Source of the DNA: Candidatus Woesearchaeota archaeon
Lineage (GTDB): Archaea; Nanobdellota; Nanobdellia; Pacearchaeales; GW2011-AR1
Direction of reading: 5' to 3'
Length of the DNA: 64,000 nt
Assembly (NCBI GenBank): GCA_964514585.1
Contig: CAZETU010000002.1
Location: 139,687 to 203,686 of the forward strand
The position numbers and the translations under genes are program-made. Below, one piece after another: positions 10,732 to 19,250 of the stretch. The notes under the pieces were generated by a model. The model was given only the letters and a program-made list of their open reading frames with translations. It was not told the origin of the DNA and ran no database searches. Numbering within the stretch: the stretch's first letter is position 1; each line of letters starts with the position of its first letter.

Positions 10732-13323
10732 TTAACTAAAAATATCTTCTGCTCTTAGTTCTTTGTTTTGATTTTCTTTGGGCTTTTCTTCGACAATCTC
10801 AATGTCACTTTTAGGTTCTTTGAATGGCTTGACTTCTGCATTTTCAATTTCTTCCATTTTATTTTTTATTTCTTCCATTTCGCCTATTGGTTCTATTTTT
10901 GATTCGTGTTGTTCTTGAGGTTCTTCTTGTGTTGGTTCTTTGGCTTGAGCTTCTTCTTCTAACCCCTCCATTAAGTTTATTTCTGGTTTTTGAATTTTTG
11001 CAATATTTTCAGAGGTTATTTCTGGTTTTTCTTGAGCTTCTTCTTGGATTGGCTCGGGTTCTGGCTCATTAATGTTTTCACCATTTTCTAATTTTTGGAC
11101 TATCCGTGAAATTTCGTGTGCGGCGTCTGCGTTTACTGAGATTGAGTCTATTCCTTGTTTGATTAGAAATTCGACCATTTCTTTTTTGGAACCAGCTTGT
11201 CCGCAGATTGAGGTTTCGACGTTTTGTTTTTTACATTCTCTGATTACTCTTGAGATTTGTTTTAGGACTGCCCAGTTCATTTCGTCGTATACGTATTGGA
11301 CGTCTTCGTTTCCTCGATCTGTTGCTAGGGTATACTGTGTTAGGTCGTTTGTTCCAAATGAGATGAAGTCGATTCCTTCTTCGCAGATGTCTTTGATTAG
11401 GATTGATGCGGCTGGAGTTTCTATCATGACTCCGAATTTGACGTTGTCGATTTGCATTTCTTGGAAAATTGTTTTTGCTTGTTTTACTTCGTCTGTTGAA
11501 ATTACTTGTGGGAACATGACTCCTAACTTGTGTCCTTTGTCGGCTAATTCTTTGACGGCTTGTAGTTCTGCTTTTAGAATTTTTGGATGTTTTAGTGAAA
11601 ATCTTATTCCGTGGTTTCCAAGCATTGGGTTTTTTTCTGTTTCTTTTGGGGCGCCTTCAAGGTTTGCATATTCGTCGCTTCTGATATCTGAAGTTCTGAC
11701 CCAGATTGGTTTTCCGATAAAGGCGTCTGCAATTTCTCCTAATCCTTTTTTTAACATTTCTTTATAGTCCTCTAATTTCCCTTCTTGTTCATAGGCGATA
11801 GGGTGTTTGCCTGAATTGGCTATTATTCCTTCTAATCTTACGAGTCCGATTCCGTCAGCTTTGGTCCCGGCTGTTCTTTTGGAGAATTGTGGGAGGTCTA
11901 GCATGACTTTGATTTTTGTTTTTGTTTCGACTACTGGTAAGATTTCGACTTTTTTGTTTTGGGTTCGTCCTGTGAATACTTTTCCGTTGTATCCGTCTAC
12001 TGTTATTTCATCTCCGTCTTTTAGGACTTCGAGTGCGTTTTGTGCTCCGACGATTGCTGGTATACCCATTTCTCTTGAGACTATTGCTGCGTGTGCTGTG
12101 ACGCCGCCTTCGGAAGTTACTATTGCTGAGGCTTTTTGCATTGATACGACCATGTCTGGGTTTGTCATTGTTGTTACTAAAATATCTCCTTGCTTGATTT
12201 TTCCTAGGTCTTTCATTGAGTGGATAATTTTTACTATACCTGAAGCGATTCCTGGCGAGGCGGCCATGCCTTGTGTTATGATTTGTCCGTCTAGTTCTTC
12301 TCTTTCTTTGGTTTCTTCTTTTAGGGTTGTTATTGGTCTTGTTTGTAAAATGTAGATATCGTCGTTTTCAATTGCGAATTCTATGTCTTGAGGGGCTTCG
12401 TAATGTTCTTCGATTTTTATTGCTAATTCTGCTAGTTGTTTTATCTCATAAGTTTTTAGGGTTCTTTTAGTTGATATTTCTGGAGTTAGTTGTATTGTTT
12501 TTGTAAGCCCGCCGGCTGTTCTCACGACTGCTAATTTTTTGTCTGAGATTTTTTCTTCTGTTATTTCTAGGTTTTTTGTGACTACATATTGATCGGGTTT
12601 GATTTTTCCTGAGACGATTCCCTCACCTTGTCCGAAGACTGCTTCGATTAATATTTCCTCGGTGTTTTTTATTGGGTGTTTTGAAAATATTACTCCTGAT
12701 TTGTCTGAGTTGACCATTTTTTGAACGATTACTGCGATGCTTACGAGGTCGTCGAATCCTTTTTTCTTTCGATAGTAGAGGGATCTTGCTGTGAAGATTG
12801 AGGCGAAGCATTGTTTGACTTTTTGGATTAGTTCTGGGTTTCCTTTGATGTTTATGTAGGAGTCTTGTTGTCCGGCGAAACTTGCTTCTTTTGTGTCCTC
12901 TGCTGTTGCTGAACTTCTGACTGAGACAAAGACTGGTTCTCGGGAAGATTTTAGAATTGCTAGAGCGCCTGGTGAGTCTTGGAGTCCCGTGAGGTCTATA
13001 TTGAAGTGGTCGTATGCTTCTATTATTTCTGATTGGAGTTTTGTGGGCATTTCTGCATTTATTATTATTTCTCTTATTTCTTCGGATCTCTCTGTTAATT
13101 TTTCTGTTTCGTCAACATTGATTCTGTTTAAGAGTTCTCTGATTTGACCCTGAATTTTTGTTTCTTTTAGGAAATATAAGAATGCGTCGGTTGTGATTAC
13201 GAAGGCTTGGGGAACTGGGAATTTTGCTCTGAACATTTCGCCGAGGTTTGCGCCTTTGCCGCCTGCGATTCCAGTGTCTTCTTTAGATAAGTTTGAGAGC
13301 CATTTGATGTAGTTGTCACCCAT
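10732..13323 (-). CDS. ppsA: Phosphoenolpyruvate synthase with acidic C-terminal tail
   Basis: GGKGANLGEM, VRSSATAED..ASFAGQ, GGVTAHAAIVSRE (phospho-His), SFGTNDLTQ. Confidence 0.95.
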   Translation of the reverse strand: MGDNYIKWLSNLSKEDTGIAGGKGANLGEMFRAKFPVPQAFVITTDAFLYFLKETKIQGQIRELLNRINVDETEKLTERSEEIREIIINAEMPTKLQSEIIEAYDHFNIDLTGLQDSPGALAILKSSREPVFVSVRSSATAEDTKEASFAGQQDSYINIKGNPELIQKVKQCFASIFTARSLYYRKKKGFDDLVSIAVIVQKMVNSDKSGVIFSKHPIKNTEEILIEAVFGQGEGIVSGKIKPDQYVVTKNLEITEEKISDKKLAVVRTAGGLTKTIQLTPEISTKRTLKTYEIKQLAELAIKIEEHYEAPQDIEFAIENDDIYILQTRPITTLKEETKEREELDGQIITQGMAASPGIASGIVKIIHSMKDLGKIKQGDILVTTMTNPDMVVSMQKASAIVTSEGGVTAHAAIVSREMGIPAIVGAQNALEVLKDGDEITVDGYNGKVFTGRTQNKKVEILPVVETKTKIKVMLDLPQFSKRTAGTKADGIGLVRLEGIIANSGKHPIAYEQEGKLEDYKEMLKKGLGEIADAFIGKPIWVRTSDIRSDEYANLEGAPKETEKNPMLGNHGIRFSLKHPKILKAELQAVKELADKGHKLGVMFPQVISTDEVKQAKTIFQEMQIDNVKFGVMIETPAASILIKDICEEGIDFISFGTNDLTQYTLATDRGNEDVQYVYDEMNWAVLKQISRVIRECKKQNVETSICGQAGSKKEMVEFLIKQGIDSISVNADAAHEISRIVQKLENGENINEPEPEPIQEEAQEKPEITSENIAKIQKPEINLMEGLEEEAQAKEPTQEEPQEQHESKIEPIGEMEEIKNKMEEIENAEVKPFKEPKSDIEIVEEKPKENQNKELRAEDIFS

Positions 13324-13374
13324 GTGTATTCTTAGGTCAAGGATTATATAAATGTTTTTGGGGAGATTCGTATG

Positions 13375-13629
13375 TTATGCAATATATATGTTGTGATATA
13401 GTATATGCGAGTATATAGGTTCTTTGAAATAAAAAATGTATGTTAAGTATATAGTGTAATATAGTATATTGGAGTATATAGGTTTGGGCAGAAAAAAAGG
13501 ACGGCTGCCTGACGGGGCGACATAGCTACTTTTGATGTCGCTTCCGGTAATGAACTTGATGTCTGTTGCGGTTGCGGTTGATGTTAGTGATGCGATGACG
13601 ATGGCTAGAATGATTGTAAGGTGTTTCAT
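13375..13629 (-). CDS. Small putative secreted peptide; the ORF runs on into the terminal motif
   Basis: SD gaggag; signal-like MKHLTIILAIVIASLTSTATA; the C-terminal half is only a translation of the repeat. Confidence 0.5.
   Translation of the reverse strand: MKHLTIILAIVIASLTSTATATDIKFITGSDIKSSYVAPSGSRPFFLPKPIYSNILYYTIYLTYIFYFKEPIYSHILYHNIYIA
13385..13498. repeat. Two tandem copies of a ~50-bp TATA-rich island-terminal motif
   Basis: tatatgttgtgatatagtatatgcgagtatataggttctttgaaataaaaaa and tatatagtgtaatatagtatattggagtatataggtttgggcagaaaaaaa; recurs at 54380-54492 and 57544-57595. Confidence 0.85.
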
Positions 13630-13662
13630 GGTTTTCTCCTCTTCGAGTTTCGGACTTTTCGT

Positions 13663-13746
13663 TTACCAGGCAAACATACATATGATTGCCCAGATGGTTA
13701 TTACGGTAATAATTGCTATCCTGCAAGTTTCCTTCTTGTGATTCAT
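13663..13746 (-). CDS. 27-aa single-TM peptide MNHKKETCRIAIITVITIWAIICMFAW
   Basis: Read manually; purine-rich aagaggg upstream, one hydrophobic helix. Confidence 0.45.
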   Translation of the reverse strand: MNHKKETCRIAIITVITIWAIICMFAW

Positions 13747-13918
13747 TTTGCCCTCTTGCAAATTTTTTTGTGGGGTTGATAACGGCACATTACGACTTAC
13801 CATTATATGGTATTAATGATAAATTGAAACATGTCGTTATGTGGGCTTGTCAATAAGGTAAGGCCCGCGAGCGGTGTTAGTGATGATTCGCTCGCGGGCC
13901 TGATGTTGTGGGGGTGGT

Positions 13919-14272
13919 TTAGACTGTGACTGGTTTGCGACGGCGAGACTGGGTCGGTTCTCTGAGGACCGTTATCTTAACGCCACGTTCCTTCTGGACG
14001 CTTCTGATTTGCCCGAGGGTTTTGCCGGCTCGGAAGTATGGGCCGTATATCTGGAGCAACTCTGTTGTAGCCGATACGGGTGGTTCATGTTTGGCTTCTG
14101 AGTTGTGATCTGTGGCCTGGACGACGACTGAGCAGTCTTCCCATGCTCTGAAAATGGGCATGTGCTCGACCTCCGGGTGGGTGGCTACTCGTTTTTTCAG
14201 GCATTCCAAATCTGTACTCACAATGTGTATGTTCCCGCTTCTTGCTACGAATATTTCTTTGATCGTTTCCAA
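13919..14272 (-). CDS. Hypothetical protein (TTG start, or frameshifted from ATG 14300)
   Basis: 117-aa ORF; SD aggag before the TTG. Confidence 0.55.
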   Translation of the reverse strand: METIKEIFVARSGNIHIVSTDLECLKKRVATHPEVEHMPIFRAWEDCSVVVQATDHNSEAKHEPPVSATTELLQIYGPYFRAGKTLGQIRSVQKERGVKITVLREPTQSRRRKPVTV

Positions 14273-14643
14273 TTTTATGCTCCTGACAATCCGTTAACAT
14301 TTCTCCTCCTCAACGTTTCATCTCAACGCAACACTTTTCTCAGAAACCTCCTTTCTGGCTATATTGCCGTTAGCGCTTGTGGGCCTTTCCACCTTTTATT
14401 TCTTAAGTCTCTTACCCACCAGCTTGCCTTCCTATTTTTCTTTTTGGGTCGCCACCTTCTTCTTGTTCCTATTCTTTCCAGTGGCAACAACAACCCATGC
14501 TCCGACTCCTTACCTTTCATCACTCCATTCCTCCGATGTACTTCCTTTTCTTCTTTGAATCTTTTGAAAGCCCATGAGCGTGATATGAGTAGCCTCATGG
14601 GCTCATAGTGTTCTGGAGCTACTCTTGTCCTTCCTTTGCTATG

Positions 14644-14898
14644 CTACGCTGCCCGTGTTGCTCGTAAGGAAGCTGCCCTTCTTCGACAAGGTTCTTTCCT
14701 TTCCACCTCCCCTTTTCTGGTAATTTTTGGGGCAGTGTTATTTCTTCTCCTTGCCTTCAGAACTTCAATGAGTGGCGAGTTGCATGTTTTGCATCTGGTT
14801 GTTCTCGCCCTGTGTTCTCTTGTCCCGATGGGGCAATTTCCCTTTTCGTTCGAGCATTCTTTCAGCATAACTAGCGTCCTTTCGCATTCCGTTTCCAT
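14644..14898 (-). CDS. Small basic Cys-rich protein
   Basis: CSNEKGNC...CKTC and an Arg/Lys-rich tail. Confidence 0.45.
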   Translation of the reverse strand: METECERTLVMLKECSNEKGNCPIGTREHRARTTRCKTCNSPLIEVLKARRRNNTAPKITRKGEVERKEPCRRRAASLRATRAA

Positions 14899-14979
14899 TG
14901 CGAGTTTTTTACGCTTTCTCTAGTGCAATCTAGCACTCTGTAGTGATACTCTCCTTTCTGTGCTCATTAATATGGCCGT

Positions 14980-15081
14980 TCACCGATTGGCCTTTTTTGG
15001 TTTTTTCTTCTTCGGATTCTTTCCGCTCCTAGCTCTTATTTCCGCTTTTGTCAGTGGTCTCTTCTTACACTTTCCTGACAC
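14980..15081 (-). CDS. 33-aa highly basic peptide MSGKCKKRPLTKAEIRARSGKNPKKKKPKKANR
   Basis: Read manually; GTG start with aagggga upstream. Confidence 0.4.
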   Translation of the reverse strand: MSGKCKKRPLTKAEIRARSGKNPKKKKPKKANR

Positions 15082-15235
15082 TAGAGCTCCCCTTCAAATC
15101 CGTTTTCCGTTCTAGTTCTCACTCTTAGTACAATCTAACACCCTTACAATTGACCTCCTTTCGTTATCTATGTTCTTTCTTGTTTTCACGTCCCCTTTTT
15201 GTTTACCTCCTTTCCGGGGTTGATGTTGATATGAA

Positions 15236-15311
15236 TCGGGGCGGAAGGATTCGAACCTTCGACCTCCAGCTTCTGCTAAGCTGACGCGCTACCAAACTGC
15301 GCTACGCCCCG
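15236..15311 (-). tRNA. tRNA-like gene, Pro-like body, 9-nt anticodon loop (UUAGCAGAA)
   Basis: cggggcg/cgccccg acceptor, gcgc D-stem, tcagc/gctgg anticodon stem, gaagg-ttcgaat-ccttc T-arm. Confidence 0.75.
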
Positions 15312-15367
15312 GGCTGCTGCGTTATGGTATGTTATTTTATTTGCAGCAGGTGATGCAGATGTTAGTG

Positions 15368-15826
15368 TTATTTTCTTGCTTCCCTTATCGTTAACTCGGT
15401 CATCTTGTATGTTTTGATCGCAATCAGTTTAGCTAAAGAAAGCGATCCGATGAGACCGAGAATGAAGATGTGTAAGGTGATATCTTTTGTGCTCTTGCTC
15501 TTGATTATACTTGGAATCTGGAGCAGCTCTTCTCCCATTCTTTGGTATATTGATGGGATGGACTCGGTACATCCTTGTATGGTAGCCATTAGTCCGTTTC
15601 CTAATCCGTTTATCCCGTTGATGGGGAATAGGATTAGGCTTAATAGTCCGACGAAGCAGAGCGTTCCGATGATTCCTTTTGGAAGCACTGATGCGATTTT
15701 CCACGAGATTATTATGTGAACAATCGCTGTTGCGACGAAGAATGCTTCCTGATTGATTTGTGAGAGTACAATCAGGCTCATGAGTGTTACCGCTGCCAAA
15801 ACTCTCTTTATGTTCTCATTAGACAT
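15368..15826 (-). CDS. Multi-pass membrane protein
   Basis: About four hydrophobic segments; SD ggaagagga. Confidence 0.7.
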   Translation of the reverse strand: MSNENIKRVLAAVTLMSLIVLSQINQEAFFVATAIVHIIISWKIASVLPKGIIGTLCFVGLLSLILFPINGINGLGNGLMATIQGCTESIPSIYQRMGEELLQIPSIIKSKSTKDITLHIFILGLIGSLSLAKLIAIKTYKMTELTIREARK

Positions 15827-15909
15827 CCTCTTCCTTTCAAAATGGGGAAAAGGCGTCCGTGCCTGATTCTCAATCCGTTCCTATAACAACAACGAGAGGC
15901 AAAGAGAAA

Positions 15910-16311
15910 CTATTTCTTGCGCGCAAGGAAGTCCTGGGTGAGGGTCTGGATTTCCTCAGTAGACTTTCCTTGCTCGACGAGAGTCTTGATTAGGGAGGAT
16001 TTTGTTTTGACAATTTTCTCCCTGTGAGCCTGCTCGTTTCTTTCTTTCAAGGCCATTGTTTCTTGTGTGGCCTCGATGTGAGCCTGCTCGTTTCTTTCTG
16101 AGACGGTTCTGTTGAACCGCTCATTGGCTCTGTCGACCATTTCTTGTCCGCCGACAGCTACTTGTGCACCGGCGGTTTCGAGAGCAAGAACCTTGATGCC
16201 GTTTTTGTTGACTGTCAATCCAGAGAATTTGGTGCCTCCGGTTTGACCTGCGCAGCCAGTGAGGGCGGTGATTGCTACGAGTGCTACTGCGATGAGGATT
16301 TGTCTTTTCAT
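15910..16311 (-). CDS. Putative lipoprotein
   Basis: MKRQILIAVALVAITALTG-C lipobox-like signal. Confidence 0.7.
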   Translation of the reverse strand: MKRQILIAVALVAITALTGCAGQTGGTKFSGLTVNKNGIKVLALETAGAQVAVGGQEMVDRANERFNRTVSERNEQAHIEATQETMALKERNEQAHREKIVKTKSSLIKTLVEQGKSTEEIQTLTQDFLARKK

Positions 16312-16464
16312 CTTGTGAACCCTTAAGAATTGTTTCTTAGGTAGATGGTGATTAGCGTGAGGCCAATCCACAACAAAATGTCGTTTCCCATTTCTCCTTC
16401 TTTCCTTTGGGTTTCGTTTGTTCCCTTGGGTGCGCCGTAGTAAAAAGCATCACCTTTGAGATAA

Positions 16465-16548
16465 TGATAATAGAAGGAATCGAACCTCCATCTCCCCACA
16501 GATCTGAATATGAAACGTGGGTGGCCCTACCAATTGGGCGATACTATC
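16465..16548 (-). tRNA. tRNA-like gene with 17-nt anticodon-loop region (pseudo-tRNA or micro-intron)
   Basis: gatagta/tattatc acceptor, gccc/gggc D-stem, cccac/gtggg stem, ggagg-ttcgatt-ccttc T-arm. Confidence 0.65.
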
Positions 16549-16601
16549 TGCATACTTCTTCGTCATTTGGGTTATCTGAACGATGTTGGTTCAGAACGAT
16601 T

Positions 16602-16799
16602 CTAGCTGTTTCTCAACGAGAATGTTGCAGCAGCTAGGGTAATTCCTGCGATGAAACCAGGAACAAGAGCTTTTCTGATTAGTTCAAATCCCTGGAATAT
16701 ATCTTGACCTACCGCTTTGCCTAGGTTGCAAAATGCAATCGCGCCAAAGAGTATTGCGATTGCGAACAAACTATATGTTACTTTTTGTTGCGTTCTCAT
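16602..16799 (-). CDS. Small two-TM membrane protein
   Basis: SD gaggaggg before ATG; two hydrophobic helices. Confidence 0.65.
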   Translation of the reverse strand: MRTQQKVTYSLFAIAILFGAIAFCNLGKAVGQDIFQGFELIRKALVPGFIAGITLAAATFSLRNS

Positions 16800-16828
16800 T
16801 ATGTCCCTCCTCGCGTTAAGGTTACTGG

Positions 16829-17038
16829 TTAATTTGTTGTTTTGCGAATCAGGATTCTTCTGATGACTAGGAGCGTTATTACTACTCCTACTCCAAGTAA
16901 GCTCCATCCTTCTTGTTGCATGAAGAGCTTTCTTGTGGCTTCTATTAGGAATATGGAAGCCGCTACTGTGGTTACTTTTGCCAAAACCTCCATCCACTCT
17001 TTTCTGTTTTGTCGTGCGGTCATCGGCGTTCTCCCCAT
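16829..17038 (-). CDS. Small two-TM membrane protein
   Basis: 69 aa with two hydrophobic segments. Confidence 0.6.
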   Translation of the reverse strand: MGRTPMTARQNRKEWMEVLAKVTTVAASIFLIEATRKLFMQQEGWSLLGVGVVITLLVIRRILIRKTTN

Positions 17039-17227
17039 TTAGTGATGGTTGGTGTTAACAATAAACGTGGAGCCAGCCAGAGCAATGCTCTGTTCCAGAT
17101 GCTGGCTCCACGTTTGGAAGTATCAGATGCTTACCTTTGGTGGTATGAGGTAGCATCTGCGTTGATTGACTGGAGTTAATTCGCTAGTTGTAAATAGTGT
17201 TCAGCCCCGAGCCGTCGCTGTGATGGG

Positions 17228-17449
17228 TTATTCGTTGTTCGGGTCGGTGATTGTGATGGTAGGGGTGTCGTTGATCGTGGTGATTGGCAAGCTCTTTATC
17301 CCTTCGCAGAGAAGAATAATGGCAATCCCGATGAGAACGAAATTTATCCCACAGGCGATTGCGAAGTTTTTTTCCTTGCCAATGATCATAACTATGCCCA
17401 TGGTTATTATTGTGAATGCGATGATGATTATGATTAGTGTCCAGGTCAT
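17228..17449 (-). CDS. Small two-TM membrane protein with Thr-rich tail
   Basis: SD gaggaagg; MTWTLIIIIIAF...; start moved to ATG 17449. Confidence 0.65.
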   Translation of the reverse strand: MTWTLIIIIIAFTIITMGIVMIIGKEKNFAIACGINFVLIGIAIILLCEGIKSLPITTINDTPTITITDPNNE

Positions 17450-17720
17450 AATACCTTCCTCTAATAGAGTGGTGGATTTGGTGAAAACGATAAAACACAG
17501 AACCGGTTTACTAAGTGGCGTGACTGCTTTCGTCAAAGTTGCCGGTGGCTTTGCGCTTGTTGTTGGAGGTGCGAACTGGGCCGTGATGCGGTCGTGTAAG
17601 TGTCGACCTGACCCAGTTCGCGAATGGCCTATCCCTTTGGAAGCGAACTTAGGGAGGATCCTTCTTTGCCCTAACTGTAAGCTAAGGGCCCAGGATTTTT
17701 TCGGCCACCATCGTAATGAA

Positions 17721-18002
17721 TCAGTTGTGGAGCTGAGTGACTGCGGCTTCAATCTTTTCCGGATCGAATTCACACCCCAGCATCTCCTGTCGGATTTTCT
17801 GGGGGTCAAGGCCGCACACTCCATTTATGGCCACCGCTATTTCTGCAAGTGTTGCGTTGCAGCCATTCTCTGAATGGAGTGTTTTGATGGCTACTTTTGT
17901 GGGAAAGGTTGTCATTAGGGTTTGCGCGATTTCCCTTGTTCCTTTCCCTTTCATCTCTTGCGCCATTCGTTGTGCTGCGTTATGCTTTGTTACTATATTC
18001 AT
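17721..18002 (-). CDS. Small helical hypothetical protein
   Basis: SD ggag before MNIVTKH; 93 aa. Confidence 0.6.
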   Translation of the reverse strand: MNIVTKHNAAQRMAQEMKGKGTREIAQTLMTTFPTKVAIKTLHSENGCNATLAEIAVAINGVCGLDPQKIRQEMLGCEFDPEKIEAAVTQLHN

Positions 18003-18062
18003 AACGACTCCCTTCTTGTAGGTTTTTTTCTGTGCTAAGATTTTTGTTCCATTTGTGAATAA

Positions 18063-18138
18063 GGCCAACGGAGGGAATCGAACCCTCGACTTCTGCTATT
18101 GACTAAGCAGCACTCTACCAAACTGAGTTACGTTGACC
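18063..18138 (-). tRNA. tRNA-like gene with 8-nt anticodon loop (UAGUCAAU)
   Basis: ggtcaacg/cgttggcc acceptor, actc/gagt D-stem, ctgct/agcag stem, gaggg-ttcgatt-ccctc T-arm. Confidence 0.75.
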
Positions 18139-18187
18139 CTGCTGCTTACACCCCGTTATTGTCTTCTCTCCCGTGTTTTGGAGAGAT

Positions 18188-18433
18188 TTAAGCTACATGG
18201 AGTTCTGCCCTTGGTTCCATGATTTCTTGGGTGTATTCTATCACAAGGACTTCTTCGGTTTCGATTCTCTCGATTTCCTTGATGACTCTCGAAATTGTTC
18301 GTTCGAGCCCTTCTTTCAACTTTCCTCCTGACTCCCTTCTTATCTCTTGGATCATGATCTCCCGATTTCCTTTTGCTTCGGGTCCGTGTCCAAGTACCTC
18401 TATGGCGATTTTCTCGATTTGTTGATTTCTCAT
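18188..18433 (-). CDS. Small hypothetical protein
   Basis: SD aggag; 81 aa, helical. Confidence 0.6.
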   Translation of the reverse strand: MRNQQIEKIAIEVLGHGPEAKGNREIMIQEIRRESGGKLKEGLERTISRVIKEIERIETEEVLVIEYTQEIMEPRAELHVA

Positions 18434-18480
18434 TTGTTGCTTCTCCTATTGCTTGGTTCTGGTGCGAGCCGATTGTTGAA

Positions 18481-18554
18481 AACCAGCGGAAGGATTTGAA
18501 CCTTCAACCTTAGCTTTACGAAAGCCACGCTCTAACCAGTTGAGCTACGCTGAT
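18481..18554 (-). tRNA. tRNA-Thr(CGT)
   Basis: Canonical cloverleaf with 7-nt loop ttcgtaa; the acceptor has a U2:G71 pair, atypical for Thr. Confidence 0.75.
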
Positions 18555-18567
18555 TACTTGGCTGATT

Positions 18568-19218
18568 CTAGTGATGCAGTGAGGCCACCAACGCAGAGTT
18601 TTCCTGATTTGCTTTTGGCCTCTTCTCTTTCCCTTCCCTTGATTTTTCTATGAGATCGACCAAGGGTTGTATGTCTATGCTCATTTTTTCGGCCCAGCTT
18701 TTTGCGAGCATGATATCTATTCCATCAAAAAGGGGGTCTTGGGTTTTCATAGCCTCTTTGAGAAAATGGAGGACCATCAGCGGAGTTCCCATTGTCTTAA
18801 TCTCTTCTACCTCTTTTGAGATATCGAGACCAAGGCTATCCGCGTGTATTTCCGCTATTATCAGATCGGTTACCCATCCTCTTTCGCTCTTTAGTGCGAA
18901 TTTTCGAGCTTGTTTGAGAGAGGACGTCATTATATTTTGATGCCCAGTTTTTTCGATACCTCTTGTTTCTTCCGAGATATCGAGCCCAGTTTTTTTCGCA
19001 ATGTTTTTGGCCAGTTCCAAATAGGTGACATAGATAATATCCCCCTTCGCTGCGAACTTTCGAGCTCCTTGGAGGTACTTGGTTATGGAAATTTGATTTT
19101 CTGTTGGGGCGGAGGTTTCGATGGGTTCTGTGCTTTTTTCCATCTGAGTGGGGGTGCAAATTCCTCCCAGAATCATGCCTATCAAAGCCAGTGTTACGAT
19201 AACTCTTTCGGTATTCAT
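18568..19218 (-). CDS. Membrane-anchored helical-repeat protein
   Basis: N-terminal hydrophobic anchor; ARKFA...GLDIS.E repeated twice plus a third degenerate unit. Confidence 0.75.
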   Translation of the reverse strand: MNTERVIVTLALIGMILGGICTPTQMEKSTEPIETSAPTENQISITKYLQGARKFAAKGDIIYVTYLELAKNIAKKTGLDISEETRGIEKTGHQNIMTSSLKQARKFALKSERGWVTDLIIAEIHADSLGLDISKEVEEIKTMGTPLMVLHFLKEAMKTQDPLFDGIDIMLAKSWAEKMSIDIQPLVDLIEKSREGKEKRPKANQENSALVASLHH

Positions 19219-19250
19219 TCTCTTTTCCTTAACTAGGGGTTGGCTGTGAA

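Noticed and set aside
13385-13498. TATA-rich tandem units as a CRISPR array
   Set aside because: Only one or two degenerate units per locus, no unique spacers of regular length and no cas genes.
13790-13860. Sigma70 promoter (TTGACA...TATAAT) on the minus strand
   Set aside because: Both hexamers are present but about 40 nt apart, not 16-18.
17166-17873. 235-aa plus-strand ORF and 198-aa extended minus-strand ORF
   Set aside because: The first is antisense to SD-supported genes. The second extends through a hairpin-rich spacer upstream of a better SD and ATG at 17449.
15236-18138. Odd tRNAs as amber or ochre suppressors explaining the TAG at 43360
   Set aside because: No CUA anticodon is present in any loop, UUA is not in a canonical U33 register, and TAG is used as a normal stop elsewhere.
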